DNA of 32,000 nt from Candidatus Hermodarchaeota archaeon (GTDB taxonomy: Archaea > Asgardarchaeota > Heimdallarchaeia > Hodarchaeales > Hodarchaeaceae). Positions 1-6,570 of this stretch are shown here, piece after piece. Within the stretch, counting starts at the first letter, position 1, and the number at the start of each line of letters is the position of its first letter. Below the pieces are notes generated by a model that was not told the origin of the DNA, did no database searches, and saw only the letters and a program-made list of their open reading frames with translations. The position numbers and the translations under genes are program-made. The stretch spans positions 30,001 to 62,000 of the forward strand of contig JBHLKY010000015.1 of NCBI GenBank assembly GCA_048886185.1. Reading direction: 5' to 3'.

Positions 1-340
1 GTTGAAAGGATGAAAAAATATCATCCCCCCCAAAAAATTGTGAGAATATTTCAAAAGGATCAATATCCATCCTAAATCCCCCTGGTCCCCCTCGAGTATG
101 CTGAGAGAAAGCTTCATGGCCAAACATGTCATACTGTTGTCTTTTCTCCTTATCAGAAAGAACAGAATAAGCTTCAGAGATTTCTTTGAATTTTTCTTCT
201 GCAACTTTTGGGTCTAAACCACTCTCTTTTGCTCTATCAGGATGGTATTTCAAAGCCATTTTACGATATGCTTTTTTAATCGCTGAAAGATCAGAGTTAC
301 GAGAGACTCCAAGAGCGTCATAATAATCAGTTTTGCCCAC
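1..340 (-). CDS. dnaJ: DnaJ chaperone, N-terminal part (J-domain plus start of G/F-rich region); runs off the window edge; absent from the ORF track
   Basis: Manual translation from GTG at 340: [74 protein letters not shown]...[25 protein letters not shown] motif present; GAGGT SD at 347-351. Confidence 0.92.
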   Translation of the reverse strand, partial: MGKTDYYDALGVSRNSDLSAIKKAYRKMALKYHPDRAKESGLDPKVAEEKFKEISEAYSVLSDKEKRQQYDMFGHEAFSQHTRGGPGGFRMDIDPFEIFSQFFGGDDIFSSFQ

Positions 341-395
341 AGAAGAGACCTCGTACAATTAAATTAAGTAGATTAATTAAAGCTAAAACCAGTTA

Positions 396-740
396 TTATT
401 CTTCGAGTGTCTTTATAATCTCTCTTTCCAGTTTTTTCATGTCGGCTCCAACGATCTTTGAGACAACTTTATTACCAATTATGATTGCAAATGTAGGTAC
501 ACCATGGACCCGAAGTTTAGCTGCTACCCCCTGGTTGTAATCTACATTAATTTTTATAAAGTCCGCCCCTTGATATTTTTTACTTAATTGTTCAAAAATA
601 GGAGCGCTCACTTTACAAGGGGGGCACCAATCAGTAAAACAATCTACTACCAATGGACGTAAAGAATTGGATTCCGTGTTAGCTTTGATTAAATCAGCAA
701 ATTCTCGTTCGTTGACTATGCGTGCCATGATAACCATCAA
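396..740 (-). CDS. trxA: Thioredoxin (WCPPC active site); true start probably ATG at 737 or 728
   Basis: VVDCFTDWCPPCK, FIKINVD, cis-Pro motif GVPTF, IVGAD; thioredoxin length. Confidence 0.9.
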   Translation of the reverse strand: MMVIMARIVNEREFADLIKANTESNSLRPLVVDCFTDWCPPCKVSAPIFEQLSKKYQGADFIKINVDYNQGVAAKLRVHGVPTFAIIIGNKVVSKIVGADMKKLEREIIKTLEE

Positions 741-977
741 TATGATTTTGAGCTGATTTTTTCACAGGATATTTATATTGACTAGCCTACAAAAAAATGA
801 AAGACTGTCTAGGAATCTTAATTTTAAATAGAACATCTTGGAGGAAATTATTATTCCGTTTTTAGAAAATTTTTTTGATTTAATTGCACTATTTCAACAA
901 GATAGCTTGATTTTTTCTTTATCATTTAATTCAATAATTTAGAATTTACAATAAGCACAGATTCGAGTTTTCGCATG

Positions 978-996
978 TTCCTAAAATTTCTAGGAA
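978..996. promoter_or_regulatory. Palindrome TTCCTA-N7-TAGGAA in the divergent trx / membrane-protein intergenic region; 13-mer AAATTTCTAGGAA repeated at 984-996 and 1072-1084
   Basis: Read directly from the sequence; operator function is inference. Confidence 0.3.
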
Positions 997-1105
997 AAGT
1001 AATCAAAGCAAAACAGTATTAGAATATTAAATGAAGAGCCAAATTGTTCTGTAAATGAAGTGAAAGTGCCCAAATTTCTAGGAATTCCATTAAAGTGAAA
1101 CTATA

Positions 1106-1918
1106 ATGGTTCTATTCGTCGAACTTACTCCATATATACCTCTATTTAATATGATCTTTTTCATCGCAGGTGTACCTTTTGTATTATGGTTGAATAATAA
1201 AACTCAAAACGACTGGATTTGTCTAACTCTTGGAATAATCTATATGATTTGTTATGGATTGATCGCACAACCGGAGTGGGATGAATGGCTCTTTTTCTTT
1301 TTTGGACTAATTGTAGGTTATGTTACAGATTATTGGGGAGTAAAAGCTGGTAAATGGAAATATCATCCTTGGGATCCAGAATATGGATATTCCGCATATG
1401 TGGGATTTAGTTGGGGAATGGTCTCGATCTTCACTTATAATATTGGAAAGGTAATATTAGCTATCCCTGAGCTTGCTTTCCTACCAGGAGTATTATTCAT
1501 GATACCCACATTCTTTTTTGAATGGAGATTTGGTAAAACACGTAAAGACCAATATTTCTTGTTCGCTCGTGTGATTTTTACATTCTTCGCCTTTCTAGCT
1601 GCAGATAGTTTAGGGTTAATGTTCATTGCTTGCTTTGTTGGAGCATATATTGAGTTTGCAGGCGTTAATTGGATCAAGAATTGGCTTTATATTGATACCA
1701 TGAGTTATATATTCATTTCTTTTGGCTACTCTTTTATGATTCTTTGTTCAAAGATGCTAGTAGACTTGATAAGTGGTATAATTACACCTGCAGTATGGAT
1801 TTTTTTCATTTTGGCTATTTTAGCTGCTTTGATAGACATATTTTGGGCACAGAAAAAAGTAGATGTAGATACGAGTAAAGCAATAGTTGCTGCAAAGCAA
1901 TTTCACGAGAATAGATGA
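1106..1918 (+). CDS. Polytopic membrane protein with an internal duplication (DUF2878/CruF-like appearance), function unknown
   Basis: About 8 hydrophobic segments; repeated G-x3-[DE]-x2-GV-x3-5-W-x-Y motif (GLIVGYVTDYWGVKAGKWKY / CFVGAYIEFAGVNWIKNWLY). Confidence 0.6.
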   Translation: MVLFVELTPYIPLFNMIFFIAGVPFVLWLNNKTQNDWICLTLGIIYMICYGLIAQPEWDEWLFFFFGLIVGYVTDYWGVKAGKWKYHPWDPEYGYSAYVGFSWGMVSIFTYNIGKVILAIPELAFLPGVLFMIPTFFFEWRFGKTRKDQYFLFARVIFTFFAFLAADSLGLMFIACFVGAYIEFAGVNWIKNWLYIDTMSYIFISFGYSFMILCSKMLVDLISGIITPAVWIFFILAILAALIDIFWAQKKVDVDTSKAIVAAKQFHENR

Positions 1919-2069
1919 ATAGGACTCATTCTGTAATATCAAAATGAATTCATATTAAAAGAGAATAAAGATTAAAAAAAATGGAAATTCGTGTATGGTA
2001 TTCTAAAAAAACACGATTAATCCATTTATTTGTAACGATCAGTTACCATTTATTAACTCAGATTTGATC

Positions 2070-2582
2070 TTACCAGCGGGAACGTGAATCTCGATCGCGG
2101 CCAGAACTACGAGGACGATCACGGTCGTAACCAGAAGATCTTCCTCCATAACCTCCACCACCATAACTGCCGCGTTGTCTAAAGGATCTCCTCCGTGGAT
2201 CTTCTACATGTTCTGAAGATCTATTATTCTCTTCTTTAATTTCATCGAAAATTGTTGAATCTTCAACAATTGATCCAAATTTCCCTTTGGATAATCGTAA
2301 AGAATTCTGGAAAACATTAGCAAAACCATTACTAAGCCTGTAAACCTTACCAACATCGAGTCCATCAATATCTTCATTCCATAAAGTTAAGGTTATCGAA
2401 GCAGTATCATCTGCAACTGTGAAGTCACACACTCTGTGAGTTTCACCTGATCTTTTATTTATTTCTCGGGTGTCACCACTATCGGTGACCTGAAAAACGA
2501 CATTTAATCTCTTTTCGAGAGGCTTGACATCTCCAATTTTGACATCGTGCGTCTCATTATCTGATTCCGAACTATATGACAT
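2070..2582 (-). CDS. ssb: Single OB-fold single-stranded DNA-binding protein (crenarchaeal SSB / hSSB1 type) with Gly/Arg/Ser-rich tail
   Basis: OB-fold motifs VADDTASITLTLWNE and VGKVYRLSNGFANVFQNSLRLSKGKFGSI resemble Sulfolobus SSB (VGDETGRVKLTLW...); disordered C-terminal tail. Confidence 0.85.
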   Translation of the reverse strand: MSYSSESDNETHDVKIGDVKPLEKRLNVVFQVTDSGDTREINKRSGETHRVCDFTVADDTASITLTLWNEDIDGLDVGKVYRLSNGFANVFQNSLRLSKGKFGSIVEDSTIFDEIKEENNRSSEHVEDPRRRSFRQRGSYGGGGYGGRSSGYDRDRPRSSGRDRDSRSRW

Positions 2583-2750
2583 TTCTTACACTTCTAACGT
2601 CGAATAGAACCCAAATCCTTACAAAAAAGTAAAATCATCCTACATGTTCTAATTTTCGATCTCTATTGATTATAGAGACAAAATTGTTCCATTCGCACAA
2701 TTATTCTTTCATTTCAGAAATTGGGCTTATTTATCTTCGTCTAATTATGC

Positions 2751-2766
2751 TATATAAATCTTCGGC
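2751..2766. promoter_or_regulatory. Candidate archaeal TATA box (TTTATATA on minus strand, with a purine-rich BRE-like element upstream) in the divergent ssb / aminotransferase region
   Basis: TATATAAATCTTCGGC on + strand; which gene it serves cannot be determined. Confidence 0.3.
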
Positions 2767-2905
2767 ATTTTTCATCGAAAAATCGCAATATAGAAAATTT
2801 GTAGCTTATTTATGTTTTATAGTTAGTTAGAGGAAGAAACTATTCTTCAAGCTAATTGAAACAATCTTAATTACGAATTAACAAGACTAATTTGACAAAA
2901 GTGGT

Positions 2906-5221
2906 GTGAGATTAGAGATGCCCCGTAAAATTAGGCCCCAAGACCTTTTCCCAATGGATCGTAAAGTCGAACGGGAAGAAATCTTGGCTGTGAAGCGAGT
3001 TATGCGAAATAAGCGGTTGACTTTTATGAGTGGTACCGAAATTCAAGAATTTGAAAATGCTTTTGCCAGCTACATGAATAGTAAGTATGCTATTGCTGTT
3101 AGTTCTGGTACTGCTGCATTACACGTATCTTTGGCTGCTGCTGGAGTTGGAGCTGGAGATGAGGTTTTAATCCCCCCCTATACCTTTGTGGCTACAGCAA
3201 CAGCTGTCTTACATCAGAATGCCATTCCTATATTCGTTGATATTGATCCTATTACTTTCTGTATGGATCCTACTGATTTAGAAAACAAATTAACAAATCG
3301 GACTAAAGCTATTATACCTGTTCATTTATTTGGACACCCTGCTGATTTAGATTCTCTCCTAGCTTTCGCAAAGAAACATAATCTAGTTCTGATTGAGGAT
3401 GCATGTCAGGCACATGGTGGTGAATACTATGGGAGAAAACTAGGAACATACGGAAAAGCAGGATGCTTCAGTCTATTTGAATCGAAAAATATGATGACAG
3501 GTGAGGGTGGAATGATAATTACAGATGATGAAGACTTTGCAGAGCAATGTCGATTAGTTAGACACCACGGGGAACCATCTTGGTATACATATGAACGATT
3601 AGGATTTAATTATCGGATGACCACAATACAAGCAGCTATTGGATTGGAGCAGTTGAAAAAGCTCGAAACAATGAATGAGGGACGAATCAAGAACTCCAAT
3701 TATTTGAGTTTGTTATTGAAAGATATACCAGGAGTGATTTTACCTCATACTCCCGAAAATGGTAAACATGTTTTCCATGCTTATGCTATTCAGATCGACC
3801 CATCTAAAATTGGTATGAGCGGAAAAGAACTAACTGATCGTCTAAACCGTGACTTTCAGATAACTCAATTAATATACCCAACAGGACTTTATGCTTCTAC
3901 TCTCTTCCAAAAACAAATGGGGTATGGTGAAAGGAAGTGTCCGTTTACATGCCCATTTTTAGAAGGTGAAGTTACTTACACTGATCCTCAGTGTCCTAAT
4001 ACTGATCGAATTGTTGAAAATATAATTGGTTTACCTAATTGGCATCAATTATCCTATATTGAATTATCACTTATCGCAGGAAAATTCTTAGAAGTCTTAG
4101 AGGAGATATTGGACATACCCTTAGGAATTGAGGAACGCATAATAGGTACAATGCTTATGACTGGAACACCCCCCAAAATAAATGAACTCGTTGGCAACAT
4201 TCCAAAGGTAGATAAACCATTAAAAGTAGGTGTCATAGGTTTAGGAGGCATAGGCCGAGTTCATGCAGCTGCTTATGCTGCTAGTCCTTGGACAGATTTG
4301 CATTCTTTTGCCACGAGGAGCTCTATCTCACTTCAAGGAGCAGCACTTTTCTTTGGAGTAAAAAATATCTACGAAGATTATCTAGAGGCACTTAAGGATC
4401 CTGATTTACAGGCAATATCAATTTGCGTTCCAACATTTGCTCATAAGGAGTATATCATTAGTGCAGCAAGAGCAGGGAAACATATCCTATGTGAAAAACC
4501 TCTTTTATTGAACCTAGAGGAATATAACGAGGTTGAATCAGTTATAAAAGAGACAAAGGTTAAATTAATGGTCGCAATGATATGTAGATTCATACCTCAT
4601 TATGCTAAAACAAAAAAAGTAATTGACAAAGGTGAATTAGGTCCATTAGTCAGTTTTTATGCATGCAGACGAAGTCGAGGTCCACCTGCTGCAAAATGGT
4701 TTTGGAATGAAGATGAGAGTGGTGGAATACCTGTTGATCTTGCGATCCATGATATTGATCTTGTTCAGTGGTATCTTGGGCCAAAAGATCCAATTACAAC
4801 TGTTTTTGCAATTGGTTCTAATAATGTGTATCCAGAGATCCAGACTTGGGATACCGTAATGATCACTTTAAAGTCGAAATCTGGCGTTCTCGCCACCATT
4901 GAAGCTTCTTGGACGGCACCCAACCTCACAGACCAGTCAGGTATCAACACATTCATGGTTATTCATGGTGAAGATGGAAGCATTCGAATTGATCCCTCCA
5001 TGCAACCATCAATCAAGAACACGGAACTTGATGGGCCAGAACCAACGTTTGAGGAGACAGATCAGCTCCCTTTCTTTGTAGAACAAGTTAATTCATTTGC
5101 AAAAGCGGTATTAATGGATGAAGAGCCACCCGTTACAATAATTGACGGAATTTTAGCTCTTCGTGTGGCTCGGGCTGCCCTCGAATCACTACAAAGTGGA
5201 AAAGTCATCTATATAATGTAA
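2906..5221 (+). CDS. Fusion: DegT/DnrJ/EryC1/StrS PLP sugar aminotransferase (N-terminal ~400 aa) + Gfo/Idh/MocA NAD-dependent oxidoreductase (C-terminal ~335 aa)
   Basis: SSGTAALH, PPYTFVAT, IEDACQAHG, FSLFESKNMMTGEGG (PLP Lys), GFNYRM; then KVGVIGLGGIG, HILCEKP, DLAIHDIDL. Confidence 0.9.
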   Translation: MRLEMPRKIRPQDLFPMDRKVEREEILAVKRVMRNKRLTFMSGTEIQEFENAFASYMNSKYAIAVSSGTAALHVSLAAAGVGAGDEVLIPPYTFVATATAVLHQNAIPIFVDIDPITFCMDPTDLENKLTNRTKAIIPVHLFGHPADLDSLLAFAKKHNLVLIEDACQAHGGEYYGRKLGTYGKAGCFSLFESKNMMTGEGGMIITDDEDFAEQCRLVRHHGEPSWYTYERLGFNYRMTTIQAAIGLEQLKKLETMNEGRIKNSNYLSLLLKDIPGVILPHTPENGKHVFHAYAIQIDPSKIGMSGKELTDRLNRDFQITQLIYPTGLYASTLFQKQMGYGERKCPFTCPFLEGEVTYTDPQCPNTDRIVENIIGLPNWHQLSYIELSLIAGKFLEVLEEILDIPLGIEERIIGTMLMTGTPPKINELVGNIPKVDKPLKVGVIGLGGIGRVHAAAYAASPWTDLHSFATRSSISLQGAALFFGVKNIYEDYLEALKDPDLQAISICVPTFAHKEYIISAARAGKHILCEKPLLLNLEEYNEVESVIKETKVKLMVAMICRFIPHYAKTKKVIDKGELGPLVSFYACRRSRGPPAAKWFWNEDESGGIPVDLAIHDIDLVQWYLGPKDPITTVFAIGSNNVYPEIQTWDTVMITLKSKSGVLATIEASWTAPNLTDQSGINTFMVIHGEDGSIRIDPSMQPSIKNTELDGPEPTFEETDQLPFFVEQVNSFAKAVLMDEEPPVTIIDGILALRVARAALESLQSGKVIYIM

Positions 5222-5228
5222 TTATGTT

Positions 5229-6341
5229 TCACGTTGGAATTAACCATTTACCTGCAGTATAGATAATTTCGTTATCCAAAAGTATCTTTGATTCTTCACT
5301 CTTCATATCCTTTAAAATATCCCAATGAATTGCTGATTGGTTTTTTGAACCAGATTCAGGATAACCAGATCCTAGTGCAAGATGAACTGTACCACCCAAT
5401 TTCTCATCGAAGAGTATATTTTTGGTAAATTGAGTAATCCCATAATTTGTGCCTACAGCAAGTTCTCCAATAGTATCTGCATTCTTGATAGTTAACATTT
5501 TTTTGAGAAGTTCTTTTCCCTTTGCAGCATCAAAATCAACAACTTTACCATCCCTAAACGATAATCGAACATCCTCAATCTCTTGGCCCTCATATATCCC
5601 AGGATAAGTGAATCGAATTTGGCCATTCACTCCTTCCTCATGTGGGCCAGTGAAAACCTCGCCATCAGGAAGATTTTCGTGACCACAACAATTAACCCAC
5701 TTACGATTTTCAATTGCTAATATTAAATCAGTATCCTCACCAATTATCCGAAATTCAGATCCTTTATTTAAAATGTCTACTATCTTTTTTTGAGTTTTTT
5801 CAACATTTTGCCAAAACTCAAGTGGACTCGTTTGGTGAAGATTGATAGCGTGATAAACAAAATCAGTGTACTCGATTTGGCCCATATTTGCTTCTTGAGC
5901 ATAGGCATCACAAGGATAGGGTGATAAATTCCACTTTAATTCCTTTTTCGCGGCTCTTTCTAGGTAAATTTCATTAATTTCCTTTTTAGCCTCTTTCACT
6001 ATTACTTTTTTATCTGCAGAAACATTTGTTAAGGCACGGGTATTATAATCAGATAAAATCGCTATTAAAACATCTGCTTTTTTCCAATATTCAACTTCGA
6101 GTTCATCGACATATTTCAGCTGTTCATCAGAAGCAGTATTATAAAAAATTTCATCTCGTCCATTAAAGAGGAACTTTTCTCTGATGATAAGGCCTCCTGC
6201 TTTAAGAATTTCTCTAAAAATTTCCCTGAAAAGATTTTCCGCAATTATCGGGGCTTGAATCATCACAAGATCATTAGGTTGTACATTAACTGAGTATTGA
6301 ACTATTAATTTCGCCAGTTTCTCGCTATAATCAGCGTACAT
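5229..6341 (-). CDS. Thermophilic metalloaminopeptidase, peptidase M29 (AmpS/AmpT/PepS family)
   Basis: NLPDGEVFTGP, GELAVGTN, ILFDEKLGGTVHLALG, SAIHWD motifs. Confidence 0.93.
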   Translation of the reverse strand: MYADYSEKLAKLIVQYSVNVQPNDLVMIQAPIIAENLFREIFREILKAGGLIIREKFLFNGRDEIFYNTASDEQLKYVDELEVEYWKKADVLIAILSDYNTRALTNVSADKKVIVKEAKKEINEIYLERAAKKELKWNLSPYPCDAYAQEANMGQIEYTDFVYHAINLHQTSPLEFWQNVEKTQKKIVDILNKGSEFRIIGEDTDLILAIENRKWVNCCGHENLPDGEVFTGPHEEGVNGQIRFTYPGIYEGQEIEDVRLSFRDGKVVDFDAAKGKELLKKMLTIKNADTIGELAVGTNYGITQFTKNILFDEKLGGTVHLALGSGYPESGSKNQSAIHWDILKDMKSEESKILLDNEIIYTAGKWLIPT

Positions 6342-6570
6342 GATTAACCCTCACAATATTAAGATTGTGCTATCTCCCTTTACAAACCATTAAAGGAATT
6401 ATTATTGTGGAAAAATTAGAATTTTCCACTAGAGAGATACTGAGTTACGAAATAATTTCAGCAAACAAAATATAGCTAAAATTCTTGAAGGGGTAAATTC
6501 ACTTTATAAAACATTATATAACTTTCATGAGACGTTATTATCGAACAACGTCGAATGAATGAGAGCTTAG

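Noticed and set aside
838-942. 34-codon TTG-initiated ORF MEEIIIPFLENFFDLIALFQQDSLIFSLSFNSII in the trx spacer
   Set aside because: No upstream SD, weak start codon, and a length expected by chance in T-rich DNA
2596-6556. Shared 10-mer AACGTCGAAT just upstream of ssb (2596-2605) and aor-hps (6547-6556)
   Set aside because: Many 10-mer matches are expected by chance in 32 kb; orientation relative to the two genes differs
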